The notes: generated by a model from the sequence alone, not told the origin. 32,000 nt of DNA from Candidatus Poseidoniaceae archaeon (GCA_943789275.1 CALSTM010000002.1:240001-272000), one strand, 5' to 3'; positions 1-9,619 are shown, counted from the stretch's first letter. Numbers and translations are program-made.

Positions 1-624
1 GATTGGTATGAAGAAGCAAACATGTCTGAAGACATGAGTGTCGTTTTTACTCCTTCTCAGCATTTTAGCGGTCGAGGAATCAACCAGGACAATACGCTTT
101 GGGGCTCATGGGCTGTTTACCTGAACGAGCATGCTCTGTATTTCAGTGGTGACGGAGGATACTCCAGTGAATTTTCAGAAATCGGAGAGAAATACGGACC
201 TTTTGATATCGCTTTCATTGAAGCTGGACAATACGATGAGGCATGGGCAGATGTGCATATGTTTCCTGAGCAAACCGTTCAAGCAGCTCTGGATTTGAGG
301 GCAAAGTCATTGCTCCCGATTCACAACACGAAGTTTGTTCTCGCCCTTCATGGATGGGATGAACCCCTTGAAGATGTTACCGTGGAAGGGCAAAGAAGGA
401 ACGTCAACGTAACGACACCGATGCTCGGGGAGACTTTCCTTCTGGACGAAAACATGCCACACGACACGTGGTGGCGAAATGTTTCGATCTATGAGCCTCC
501 GATGTTAAAGACAAACTCGTTGGTGGGTGTAATCATGTATGCTTCGATGTTTGTCTCGGCCATTATGATTCGCTTAGGTTCAAAGGAACCGAGGGTAAAA
601 CTCCAGCAGAAATACGAGGATTGA
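1..624 (+). CDS. MBL-fold metallo-hydrolase, NAPE-PLD-like (5' partial, open to the window edge)
   Basis: Frame 1 is open from nt 1 (DWYEEAN precedes the tracked Met at 22). YFSGDGGY and LLPIHNTKF resemble the FxGDTGY / IHWGTF signatures of the NAPE-PLD-type Zn hydrolase branch. The C-terminus is hydrophobic (VGVIMYASMFVSAIMI). Confidence 0.55.
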   Translation, partial: DWYEEANMSEDMSVVFTPSQHFSGRGINQDNTLWGSWAVYLNEHALYFSGDGGYSSEFSEIGEKYGPFDIAFIEAGQYDEAWADVHMFPEQTVQAALDLRAKSLLPIHNTKFVLALHGWDEPLEDVTVEGQRRNVNVTTPMLGETFLLDENMPHDTWWRNVSIYEPPMLKTNSLVGVIMYASMFVSAIMIRLGSKEPRVKLQQKYED

Positions 625-649
625 AAACCTCTCGGCCGGACAGGCATTC

Positions 650-1174
650 ATGGAGCGAGCGTTGTTGGGAGGCGGATGTTTTTGGTGCACTGAAGGTGCG
701 TTCAAAGGATTGTACGGTGTTGAATCTGCTCTTCCGGCCTATGCGGGTGGACACGACCCTAATCCAAGATACGAGCCTGTATGTTCTGGAACAACCGGTC
801 ATGCTGAAATCGTTGAAGTCGTGTTCGACCCCGATTTGATTCCATTTGAGACCATACTGGAAATCTTCTTCACTGTACATGACCCAACACAATTGAATCG
901 ACAAGGAAACGATGTTGGCACCCAATACCGTAGTTGCATCATGCCGACCTCTGAACAACAGACGTTAACTTCTCAGATTGTTATTGAACGGATGCAAGCG
1001 CATTACGACAGGCCAATTGTCACGACGCTCGAAGAAGCCAAACACTTCACACTGGCTGAAGAATACCATCATGACTACTACGCAAGAAACCCTGGACAGG
1101 GGTACTGCATGGCTGTTGTCGGTCCAAAACTTCGAAAAGTCCGTGCGAAACACGCTCATCTCTACATAGCGTGA
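650..1174 (+). CDS. msrA: Peptide-methionine (S)-S-oxide reductase MsrA
   Basis: The N-terminal GGGCFWCTEGAF active-site motif, HAEIVEVVFDP, GNDVGTQYRS and a length of 174 aa are all typical of MsrA. Confidence 0.9.
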   Translation: MERALLGGGCFWCTEGAFKGLYGVESALPAYAGGHDPNPRYEPVCSGTTGHAEIVEVVFDPDLIPFETILEIFFTVHDPTQLNRQGNDVGTQYRSCIMPTSEQQTLTSQIVIERMQAHYDRPIVTTLEEAKHFTLAEEYHHDYYARNPGQGYCMAVVGPKLRKVRAKHAHLYIA

Positions 1175-1206
1175 TGTTGAAGTGGCGGGTGCGATAGCGT
1201 CGTAGC

Positions 1207-2841
1207 ATGGTGAACAATGTTCCTCGCCCACCGACCCCTGTAAACGAACCTGTACTCGGCTACCTTCCTGGCAGCCCAGAGCGTGCAGCACTCAAGGCTG
1301 AAATCGCTCGACAAGAAAGCGAAATTATAGAAATACCGTGCATCATCAACGGTAAGGAAGTCTTCACCGGTGATGTGGTTGAGCAAGTCATGCCTCACGA
1401 CCACAGCCACGTCATTGCTCGAGTCCACATGGCTACAAAAGCCAACGTCGAAGAAGCCATTCAAGCATCACTCGACGCACACGACATGTGGTCGACCATG
1501 CCCTGGGAAGCCCGTGCTGCGATCTTCTTGAAAGCAAGCGAACTCTTGGCTGGTGAATACCGAGCGCAAATCAATGCCAGCACCATGCTCAACCAATCGA
1601 AAACTTGCCACCAAGCAGAAATTGATTCCGCATGTGAACTCATTGACTTCTGGAGATTCAATACCGTTTATGCACGGGAAATTTACGAAGATATGCAACC
1701 GCCTGTTTCACCTTCAAGCATGTGGAACTCCAGCGAAGTTCGTCCTTTGGAGGGCTTTGTCTTCTCTGTAACGCCATTTAACTTCTCAAGCATCGCTGCA
1801 AACCTACCATCAAGTATGGCCATCATGGGGAATACTGGCGTATGGAAACCAAGCCGTAACTCGTATGTATCCAATTACTTACTTATGCGGCTGATGATGG
1901 ATGCCGGTCTTCCTGCAGGCGTCATCAACTTCATCCCAGGTAAAGCAAGCATGGTTGGCGATACCGTACTTGCTCACCCAATGCTGGCTGGAATTCACTT
2001 CACTGGCTCAACCTCTGTCTTCCGCAAGATGTGGAGAGATGTTGCCAACAATCTGGAGAACTATCGATCCTACCCTCGTGTGGTTGGAGAGACCGGAGGA
2101 AAAGACTTCATTGTCGCACACCCGGATTGCGATGAAGCAGCCTTGATTGTGGCTCTTCTGCGCGGCTCATTCGAGTTCCAAGGGCAAAAGTGCAGTGCTG
2201 CAAGCCGCGCTTACATCCCACAAACCGTATGGAACAACATCAAGGATGAATACATTGCAGAAGTCGGCAAGATCACCCTTGGCGACCCTCGAAACTTTTC
2301 CAATTTCATGTCGGCCGTTATCGATAAGAAATCGTTTGACAATATTGCAGGATACATCGACCGAGCAAAGGCCGATTCCGGTTGTGAAATCGTAACCGGT
2401 GGTAACTATGATGGATCAAAAGGATACTTCATTGAACCGACAACCATTGTTTGCTCTGACCCACATTATGAATCGATGGGAGAAGAAATATTTGGCCCAG
2501 TGCTGTCCATCCACGTCTATGCTGACGATGGATTTGAGAACGTTCTGAAGACATGCGACGAAACCTCTGAATACGCATTAACGGGTTCTATCTTCGCCAC
2601 GAAGAGGGAAGATATCCTCACCGCAATGAAAGCACTCCGATACTCAGCAGGGAACTTCTACATCAACGACAAGCCAACGGGCGCCGTTGTCGGCCAACAA
2701 CCGTTTGGAGGAGCACGTGGCAGCGGTACCAACGACAAGGCGGGTTCGCCACTGAACCTGTTGCGATGGGTTTCACCTCGTTCAATCAAGGAAACCTTTG
2801 CACCCCCGCATTCGTGGGGTTACGGCTTTCTAAAGGAATGA
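1207..2841 (+). CDS. pruA: L-glutamate gamma-semialdehyde (1-pyrroline-5-carboxylate) dehydrogenase, long ALDH4-type
   Basis: The 544-aa length and architecture match the aldehyde dehydrogenase family. It carries the catalytic Glu context VGETGGKDF, the catalytic Cys context FEFQGQKCSAASR and the EEIFGPV motif. The length and N-terminus (NEPVLGYLPGSPERAAL) fit the ALDH4A1/P5CDH subfamily. Confidence 0.85.
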   Translation: MVNNVPRPPTPVNEPVLGYLPGSPERAALKAEIARQESEIIEIPCIINGKEVFTGDVVEQVMPHDHSHVIARVHMATKANVEEAIQASLDAHDMWSTMPWEARAAIFLKASELLAGEYRAQINASTMLNQSKTCHQAEIDSACELIDFWRFNTVYAREIYEDMQPPVSPSSMWNSSEVRPLEGFVFSVTPFNFSSIAANLPSSMAIMGNTGVWKPSRNSYVSNYLLMRLMMDAGLPAGVINFIPGKASMVGDTVLAHPMLAGIHFTGSTSVFRKMWRDVANNLENYRSYPRVVGETGGKDFIVAHPDCDEAALIVALLRGSFEFQGQKCSAASRAYIPQTVWNNIKDEYIAEVGKITLGDPRNFSNFMSAVIDKKSFDNIAGYIDRAKADSGCEIVTGGNYDGSKGYFIEPTTIVCSDPHYESMGEEIFGPVLSIHVYADDGFENVLKTCDETSEYALTGSIFATKREDILTAMKALRYSAGNFYINDKPTGAVVGQQPFGGARGSGTNDKAGSPLNLLRWVSPRSIKETFAPPHSWGYGFLKE

Positions 2842-3215
2842 ATGGACTCCTTCTTACTGCGGTCAATTCGGTTGAGTGAATCCACCAGCACCCTCGATTC
2901 AAACCGTTGGCTAACCAACGAGATGAGCCACCACCCTACGGTGAGAAGAGGAGTTGCTACGAAAACGACCAAGCCAAGCCAGAGCAGGACCTTACCTTGC
3001 GTGAGGGGCCAAGCCCAAACTGCACTTCCCAAAAGTACCAACAAAAAATACAGACGAGCGGCCTCACTTGGAGTCGACCAACCCTTGTGATCTTTACGTG
3101 GGGCAAACAAGAATCCCAACAGGCTCATAGGCCTAAATTCGGGGTCGAGATTATCAAAGCGTGTTTTATCCATCACACTCCGGTGGTTTGATGTGTAAGA
3201 GTTGAGAGCGTCCAC
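2820..3215 (-). CDS. Small hypothetical membrane protein (two predicted TM helices)
   Basis: This is the only ORF in the 2842-3228 gap with two clear hydrophobic helices (LYFLLVLLGSAVWAW and LLWLGLVVFVATPLLTVGWWLISLV). No motif was recognised. The start is uncertain (internal Met codons at 3173 and 3128), and its 3' end overlaps the pruA stop by 22 nt. Confidence 0.4.
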   Translation of the reverse strand: MDALNSYTSNHRSVMDKTRFDNLDPEFRPMSLLGFLFAPRKDHKGWSTPSEAARLYFLLVLLGSAVWAWPLTQGKVLLWLGLVVFVATPLLTVGWWLISLVSQRFESRVLVDSLNRIDRSKKESIHSFRKP

Positions 3216-3228
3216 CCCGCAATGATGA

Positions 3229-4758
3229 GTGCTTGAGCCGACTGCTGTTTTTTCAGTGACGAGTGATGGGCGAACTGAGCGGGACCTCTTCGTAAGTGTG
3301 ATAGGTGTCAGCCATGCTGTTCATTTCATGCAGGGTTTGCCCATCACTCCGTTGAGCCCGCCCCCTGCAGGGTTAATCTTAGCCTATCCATCCTCCAAAT
3401 GGAAAACAATTCGCTCGATGCTCGGCTTCGTCACACTGCTTTTTATCGTTGCTAATGTCTCAACAACTCTCATTTTTGGAGGCTTACTCGACGGTGACTT
3501 TGATGGAGACCTTGGGCCGTCGGAACCGTGGTATACGCTGTTTGGCTCGTTGTGCTTGATTCCATGCGTAGCTGGATTCGCCTTCTTCAGAAGACCACGT
3601 CTTACACACATCATTCGGGCGCAAAATTCTGTTTTTGGTAACACATTCAACATGATTGCTCCGCGAACTGCCGTTCAGACGTTTGAACGAGTGACGGTTG
3701 AACATCATTTGATTCGAGATACGACTCCACTTGAAATGCCAGACGGTAAGCAATTGTGGTGGCTGTTCTTCGCAGGCGTTTTCTTCAGCACCGTTTGCAT
3801 GTTACCGTTGCTGGTGATGGGGCTGAACATCTTCACAGGAGTTCTGTTTGCTCTTGTTGCCATTCCAGCATTCATAGTTGGCTTTTCGACTCCAGTCTTT
3901 GCATGGTGGTCCACTTCGAATTCGTACTTTGGACTCCCCACAACTCGGCGACTTGCGGAATGGATGTTGATTGCTGGAATGATTTCCACGCTTCCGGCGA
4001 TTGCGATCAACTCCTTTCTTTCACCAGTTCTTCTCAACGGTGTTGGACTTGAAACATCCGATGTTACAAACCTCGGTTTTGGCCTCATACTGATGCTGTC
4101 AGCACCAATCGGTGAAGAACTTTGCAAAGCAGCTGCTGTCCTCGCATTGGCCCGTTTCATTGATGGACCTCGACGTGGTTTCCAGGTTGGATTTACGGTT
4201 GGACTTGGATTCGCTCTTCTTGAAAACTCCATGTACATACTCGGAGCGTTCATGTCTGGAGAAGATACGGCGATTAGCTTCGCCTTTACAAGCGTCTTAC
4301 GAGCAATAAGTTCAATTCCCGGACACGGAGTTTGGACCGGCATATCAGGGTACGCCATTGGGTCCTACCTTTCCCAAAAGAAAGCACGACTTGTCGTACC
4401 TGGATATCAACAAATCCAACCAGAACCAGTCAAATCTGATGAGAACTGGGTGCTTATTGATTCAGCCGGACATGTGATGAAACACTCGAATCATGACCAA
4501 AATCAACCGCTTCAGCCGCCGAGTTGGCTCTCTGCGTCCCCTGAAAAAGCAATACCCCTCTCTAAGAAACCATGGCAAGCATTAGGGTTAGCCATGGTTT
4601 TACATTCCTTTTGGAACGGTTCGATGTGGGTGTTATCGCTTCTTCTCGCCGATGCTCACATTCTTCTCGGCCTTTTTGTTTCCATCGTTTGGTTTTCGGT
4701 GCTTATTTTGGCACTGTGGCAATTTACTCGGCACATCTTTCCAACTGTGCTCTCGTGA
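3229..4758 (+). CDS. PrsW-family (CAAX-protease-like) intramembrane metalloprotease, enlarged
   Basis: Motifs occur in the family order within TM segments: PIGEELCKAAA (EExxK), GFALLENSMY (FxxxE), SIPGHGVWTGISGYAIG and VLHSFWNGS (HxxxN). The protein is polytopic. The tracked start is GTG at 3229, and in-frame ATGs at 3328 and 3418 are alternatives. Confidence 0.7.
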   Translation: MLEPTAVFSVTSDGRTERDLFVSVIGVSHAVHFMQGLPITPLSPPPAGLILAYPSSKWKTIRSMLGFVTLLFIVANVSTTLIFGGLLDGDFDGDLGPSEPWYTLFGSLCLIPCVAGFAFFRRPRLTHIIRAQNSVFGNTFNMIAPRTAVQTFERVTVEHHLIRDTTPLEMPDGKQLWWLFFAGVFFSTVCMLPLLVMGLNIFTGVLFALVAIPAFIVGFSTPVFAWWSTSNSYFGLPTTRRLAEWMLIAGMISTLPAIAINSFLSPVLLNGVGLETSDVTNLGFGLILMLSAPIGEELCKAAAVLALARFIDGPRRGFQVGFTVGLGFALLENSMYILGAFMSGEDTAISFAFTSVLRAISSIPGHGVWTGISGYAIGSYLSQKKARLVVPGYQQIQPEPVKSDENWVLIDSAGHVMKHSNHDQNQPLQPPSWLSASPEKAIPLSKKPWQALGLAMVLHSFWNGSMWVLSLLLADAHILLGLFVSIVWFSVLILALWQFTRHIFPTVLS

Positions 4759-4843
4759 GAACCCGTTTGAATCGGTTTTTAGCGGACGTCGAAAGGAAAG
4801 CACCTTTCAAGGAGAAGATAACCCGAGCGGATGAGGGATATCG

Positions 4844-5617
4844 ATGGATGTGCTCACTGGAGGTCTCAATCAAGGCAACTTGGTTGTGACATCGGTCCTT
4901 CTCATTGGCCTTGTTCTGGTCTCAGGCAAAGCGAAAATGCTCGACAAGCCCGGAATCATTGCTGCGGCTGCTCTGGGATTCGTCGTTGGCGGCTTGGGGC
5001 ACTGGACTTGGCTCCTTGTGTTGCTTGGATTCCTGCTGGCTTCGCATAAAGCAACAAAATGGCGTTTTGAGGAAAAAATGCAACGAGGCATGTCGGAATC
5101 TGAAGACGGTCATCGCAGCTATGGAAACGTCATCGCCAACGGGGGTTTGCCTGGCCTCGTCGCTATATTCGCATTCATAACTGAGGACTGGTACCATGGA
5201 ATGTGGATGTTTGGTGCGGCTGTGGCGGTCGCAGCCTCAGACACGTTCGCAAGTGAAATCGGATGCCTCGATGACAATGTTAGAATGATTACGACACTAA
5301 AGCCGTGTGAAGCGGGACTCAACGGAGGTTTCTCCCCATCAGGTCAAAAAGCAGCCTTTGTGGGTTCCAGTATGATTGCTGTTCTGACCTTTGCAGCATG
5401 GATGGTAGCCAACAACGGTGGTGACAGCATCCAAATCGGATTCACCAAAACAGTCTTCGTTGCCGTGATCGGATGGCTCGGATGTCAAATGGACAGTGTA
5501 TTAGGTGCGGTCTTCGAAAACCGAGGATACCTCACCAAGGGTGGAGTAAACGGTATCTCAATCACTTTTGGAATGCTCGCTATGTGGGCAATCCTTACCT
5601 TTGAAGTACTTCTTTAA
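4844..5617 (+). CDS. DUF92 / TMEM19-family integral membrane protein
   Basis: It is polytopic and carries RSYGNVIANGGLPGL and SDTFASEIG, which match conserved DUF92 (PF01940) signatures. Confidence 0.7.
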   Translation: MDVLTGGLNQGNLVVTSVLLIGLVLVSGKAKMLDKPGIIAAAALGFVVGGLGHWTWLLVLLGFLLASHKATKWRFEEKMQRGMSESEDGHRSYGNVIANGGLPGLVAIFAFITEDWYHGMWMFGAAVAVAASDTFASEIGCLDDNVRMITTLKPCEAGLNGGFSPSGQKAAFVGSSMIAVLTFAAWMVANNGGDSIQIGFTKTVFVAVIGWLGCQMDSVLGAVFENRGYLTKGGVNGISITFGMLAMWAILTFEVLL

Positions 5618-5653
5618 CGAATATCCGTCCGTTCGCATGTCGCCATTGCCTTC

Positions 5654-7990
5654 ATGAACCAAAACCATGTGGTGATGTTAATGCGACAGCGGAAACTCGT
5701 ACTGGTCATGTTAGCACTCCTGCTTGGAGTGATGGCATCAGGGGCAGTTAAAGCGGCCAATGACCCTGTTTACAAGCCTGGTTTTGTGGAATGGGACATT
5801 GCGCCAGTGGAACGACTCTTTGTCGAAGGGTTGGATGCTGAGGAAGCCGTTCTGCAACGCCAGCGGACAGACAATGCTGTTGGAAGCCAACCGGTCAATT
5901 CGTTCGGTGGCATGAACCAAATATTCTCAGTGAGCAGCCCTCCGCTCCAAAACCCAGTCAATGCTACAGTCAACATGACGGTGTTCATGTCGGCCTACAT
6001 CGACGGAGTTGGTGGACCACAATATTGTGAAAGAACGGCCTTTGGCACAGATAACAGTTTCACAATGGTGTATTCGGTCGATGCTGGAGGTGTGCCTGTC
6101 TATGACTCCACAGTCAACCAAGTTGTAAATACAGATACCTCGAACTCTGCGATGAATTTCTCGGGAGAACGTATAGAAGTCTTCCTTTCGATGAAGGCTG
6201 GAGATGTGTTCACGCTTACCGTTTCAGCACAAAATAATTGTGAAGGAAGCACCATTCAAGTGCAATGGGGGGCGTTTGAACAAAACAGTGGCGGCATTGT
6301 CATGGAAGGCCAATTGTACGAGCCTAAGGCTCGTGTCGTGGTCGATGCTGAACGCAGAGCACACATTGAGTTTGAACCTCTTTTCCCCTGGGGCATCGAT
6401 GATGTCAAGTCGGCAAAATGGGAACTTTGGGGCCCTCTTGCATCCGACGAAAAATTCGTCAAAGATGAAGACCTCATCATAGAAACATCAACCGGTAGGA
6501 TTCGTATTGACCGTCCGATTGAAGGGAATCAAACGGTGTGGGCATGGTCTGGCGTTGCTTCAATGAAGCCTGGAGATGCCAATCTCGAATTTTGCGTACA
6601 AACTGTTTCAGGCGACCTCAACAGCGATTGCCATGCTTTCGGAATTATTCGGTTTGAAGTCGAAAGAGCAGATGAAGGGATTCTCAGTTCCTCGTTCATT
6701 TTGTCGCTGACCACTGTTTCCTCCTTCATTGGTTTCCTTTATTTTTGCATTCGCAAAGACGATTTACCACCTCCACCGGTTTTGCTAGCTCTGTTGCTGA
6801 TGACCATTGCGTTCATCCCAACTGCAATGGATCAACCCAACCTTGGTTCGAACGATTTAATTGACGACCATGCGCTTGTGTACGATACAGAACTGTACGA
6901 CGAAAATATGCAACCCGTCATGATTTCCGAGTTGTTTGACGGTAAAGATGCACTCGTACTCGCCGTGGCCCTACCCGGAACCCAAAACATTGCTGAACAA
7001 TCTGTAGAATTAAACAAAACGGTTGACTTAATCGGCAATGATATCGCTGTAGCGCACATTCTTGCTGGCATGGATGCGACAACTGCGGATGTTTCTGCAC
7101 TGAAAAACAGTTACAACATGACGTGGCCAAGTTTCGTTGACTTGGATGAATCGTTCACAGGCAGCACACCAAATGGAACATCCGATTCCATTATTGTCCT
7201 CGATAAGACGATGCGAGTTGTTTACTCCAACGCTCCTTCGGCTCCCTCTGAGGAAATCATCGATGCAGTGGAAAGCATCAACAACGGCGGTAGCACAAGC
7301 GCTTGGTCTTATTTCTCATTGGTGTTTGGACCGGGATTGTTCCTTTTCTTCCTCACACTGCCTCGTGCCGAATATGAGCCGTTGGAAGAACCACTGCCCC
7401 TTGGACTTCACATGGGAGCCATCATTGGTGCAGGCGGTGCTGGAATCGTACTGGTTAACCTCCCCCTGTTGATGGCAACCTTAGCACCTGTACCTTCCAA
7501 TGCCTTGTATTGGGTCGATATAGCCATGTATGCATGGCTTGTTGAGATATGCATCGTTACCGCCCGTAGAGGCACCCCCTACGAAGCCGAATTTGTTGGT
7601 AAAGTGATGCATAAATTCTACCCCGAAATGTTCCGTAATTGGAGAGGTTCGGATGAAATGCAACGCGATGTCATGGTAGGAATATGGCTCGGATGGTTTG
7701 GCTGGTTCGCCTTCCCATCGCTTTTCCCCCAGGGCGTCTCTGCAGCGTTGTTAAGCGGAATCTCTGGCGTTTTCTTTGGGATTTTCGGATTGATATGCAT
7801 AATTGCACTGGGCGGTGCAGTCGTTCTTCTCCTGCGTACTGTTGGAACATTCGGAGGCTGGATTACGCTCATGTTTGGTGAAATCGGAACCGATGACTAC
7901 ACCAGATTTGCCGGATGGTGCATACTACCAGTTGCTCTTTGGGCTACCGCTAATGCAGTCCTATCAATGATGAACATCGGCGTGATTTGA
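5654..7990 (+). CDS. Large polytopic membrane protein with signal peptide, about 310-aa ectodomain and a Cys-less thioredoxin-like loop domain (hypothetical)
   Basis: The signal-like N-terminus is MRQRKLVLVMLALLLGVMASGAVKA (alternative start 5681). Two TM helices follow around aa 345-395. A loop region has the TlpA/ResA-like pattern LFDGKDALVLAVALPGTQNIAEQ...NMTWPSFVDLD...IIVLDKTMRVVYS. A Gly/Trp-rich multi-TM C-terminal half completes the protein. Confidence 0.65.
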   Translation: MNQNHVVMLMRQRKLVLVMLALLLGVMASGAVKAANDPVYKPGFVEWDIAPVERLFVEGLDAEEAVLQRQRTDNAVGSQPVNSFGGMNQIFSVSSPPLQNPVNATVNMTVFMSAYIDGVGGPQYCERTAFGTDNSFTMVYSVDAGGVPVYDSTVNQVVNTDTSNSAMNFSGERIEVFLSMKAGDVFTLTVSAQNNCEGSTIQVQWGAFEQNSGGIVMEGQLYEPKARVVVDAERRAHIEFEPLFPWGIDDVKSAKWELWGPLASDEKFVKDEDLIIETSTGRIRIDRPIEGNQTVWAWSGVASMKPGDANLEFCVQTVSGDLNSDCHAFGIIRFEVERADEGILSSSFILSLTTVSSFIGFLYFCIRKDDLPPPPVLLALLLMTIAFIPTAMDQPNLGSNDLIDDHALVYDTELYDENMQPVMISELFDGKDALVLAVALPGTQNIAEQSVELNKTVDLIGNDIAVAHILAGMDATTADVSALKNSYNMTWPSFVDLDESFTGSTPNGTSDSIIVLDKTMRVVYSNAPSAPSEEIIDAVESINNGGSTSAWSYFSLVFGPGLFLFFLTLPRAEYEPLEEPLPLGLHMGAIIGAGGAGIVLVNLPLLMATLAPVPSNALYWVDIAMYAWLVEICIVTARRGTPYEAEFVGKVMHKFYPEMFRNWRGSDEMQRDVMVGIWLGWFGWFAFPSLFPQGVSAALLSGISGVFFGIFGLICIIALGGAVVLLLRTVGTFGGWITLMFGEIGTDDYTRFAGWCILPVALWATANAVLSMMNIGVI

Positions 7991-8919
7991 CGACCGAATC
8001 TTTGACAAGCATTGAGCATGATGTTCATGGCATGGAGCCAAAAATAGAATGGAGCAGAACGCGAAAAAACTTGTTCTTCAAATGTCCAAGAGCCTGGTAT
8101 CTGCGATACGGATACAAAACGAATTCATCCCGGTCAAGGGCACCATCGTTTCAACGTCCTTGGGATTTGATGCTAAGAGCGATGAAAGAAACGCTTCTCG
8201 ATCGACTCGATGACCTCAAAGAGGGTAAAGAATGGTCGTCTTTACTTGTTGAAGTCCAGTTAAAATCGTCTCTTCAAAGTCATTTGGATGGGTCGGTACA
8301 TCACGTATCGGAACAGACCCAAAATGCACTGCTCAAGTTTGCCCAAAACAGGTTTTTATTGCTGTGGAGGACCAGAATTCTACAGCAACTTCAGAAAAGA
8401 AGGCACGCACAGTGGTATGTTTTAGATCGAACTGAACCAACACAGTACGGCACTCGTCAACTGTACGTCACTCCAGATTTAGCGATTCGAATACAGAACC
8501 GTTGGCACTTGATTCGGTTTGATATGCAGAAAGCGCCTGTGAAAGCGCATGATGAATCGGAAGCAAACGCGATGGTTTTTTGGGCCCTCAACTCGGATGG
8601 TTTCAGCGCACCCGGTGAATCGTATAGGTTGCATACTGTAGGATGGAGGCAAGGCTTTTGGCATTGTGAAACCTTCCAGCCAACTTCACAATCTATTCAG
8701 CAATCGCATCAATTATTGGAACACGACATGAAGGCTATGCAGGAAATGGCTCGATATGGAAGGCGAAATCTGGCGCTCCTACCGCTTGCTAAAAACAAAC
8801 GAACGTGCTCATCGTGTTTCTATCGAAAATTCTGCCCAGGAGGAGAAAACCTCGAACTGGCAAAGAAAGAGCAGGCCGTATTAGAGTTGTCTGCAAACTC
8901 ACTCAAGACTCGCAACTAA
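7987..8919 (+). CDS. PD-(D/E)XK nuclease, Cas4/RecB-like, with 4-Cys (Fe-S type) signature
   Basis: An N-terminal Cys lies in FFKCPRAWYLRYG, and a C-terminal CSSCFYRKFC gives C-x2-C-x5-C, as in Cas4/AddB-type nucleases. A putative core is present (YVTPDLAIRI...WHLIRFDMQK). The tracked start is TTG at 7987, overlapping the upstream stop by 4 nt. An ATG at 8032 (MEPKIEWS) is a plausible true start. Confidence 0.6.
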   Translation: MTTESLTSIEHDVHGMEPKIEWSRTRKNLFFKCPRAWYLRYGYKTNSSRSRAPSFQRPWDLMLRAMKETLLDRLDDLKEGKEWSSLLVEVQLKSSLQSHLDGSVHHVSEQTQNALLKFAQNRFLLLWRTRILQQLQKRRHAQWYVLDRTEPTQYGTRQLYVTPDLAIRIQNRWHLIRFDMQKAPVKAHDESEANAMVFWALNSDGFSAPGESYRLHTVGWRQGFWHCETFQPTSQSIQQSHQLLEHDMKAMQEMARYGRRNLALLPLAKNKRTCSSCFYRKFCPGGENLELAKKEQAVLELSANSLKTRN

Positions 8920-9567
8920 GTCCGCAAGCACTGCTTTGACATCGCTTGCTTTAGTGACTCCGCTTGCCAGAAGAACACCTTCTGCACCTAATTCTACTGC
9001 TTTGGCCACATCAGCGCCGTTCTTAACGCCGGCCCCACATAGAACACGAACATTGGAGTTGACTGCCTGGACAACGGCAACAGTATCGCTGACAATAGCT
9101 GGGTCAGCAGTGGTGACTGAGATATCGCCTCCGATCAGTTCTGGAGGTTCCACTGCAATGAACGTCGGGCCAATTTCTGCAAGACTTTTGGCTTCATCTA
9201 CATCAGCAGCGCAACCGCACATAGGGAAATCAGATGGCAGTTGTTGTTTCAAAGATGCGACATGCTCCATCGATACTTTATGTTCAGCGTGATTAATGAT
9301 GGTCCCATGCGCACCGCGATGAAGGGCAGTCTGCGGTTCAAGCCATCCGGTAAATCCACCTTGACCGACTGGGTCGAGATGCTGGGTCCAAACTTCCAGT
9401 GAAGGAGCGACTCTCCGAACTGCTTCAAGGTCAAATGCTGAAACCACAGCAACCATTCGAGCAGGACCGTTGCAATGCGCTTCCATAGCCATCGCCAAGT
9501 CTTCGGCCGTCTGGCCACTTGCAGATGCGTAGGTTTTGAAGTTCACAACAATCAATGGTTTGTTCAT
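8899..9567 (-). CDS. tpiA: Triosephosphate isomerase, short archaeal type
   Basis: MNKPLIVVNFKTYASASG, IINHAEHK, FIAVEPPELIGG and LCGAGVKNGADV match the archaeal TIM pattern, and the roughly 222-aa length fits. The ORF extends to 9591, but the ATG at 9567 fits the family N-terminus. Confidence 0.85.
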   Translation of the reverse strand: MNKPLIVVNFKTYASASGQTAEDLAMAMEAHCNGPARMVAVVSAFDLEAVRRVAPSLEVWTQHLDPVGQGGFTGWLEPQTALHRGAHGTIINHAEHKVSMEHVASLKQQLPSDFPMCGCAADVDEAKSLAEIGPTFIAVEPPELIGGDISVTTADPAIVSDTVAVVQAVNSNVRVLCGAGVKNGADVAKAVELGAEGVLLASGVTKASDVKAVLADLVASLE

Positions 9568-9619
9568 GTCTTTGGGAGAATCAAAGCGCATTTGAGCCCT
9601 TCTATGAAACCAAACTGAA

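Noticed and set aside
2842-3191. The plus-strand ORFs 2842..3090 and 2907..3191 are alternatives to the minus-strand small membrane protein.
   Set aside because: Both are hydrophilic, Arg/Ser/Thr/Pro-rich with no structure-like pattern, and they mutually overlap. The minus-strand frame yields two clean TM helices. None is strongly supported, so only the minus ORF is listed, at low confidence.
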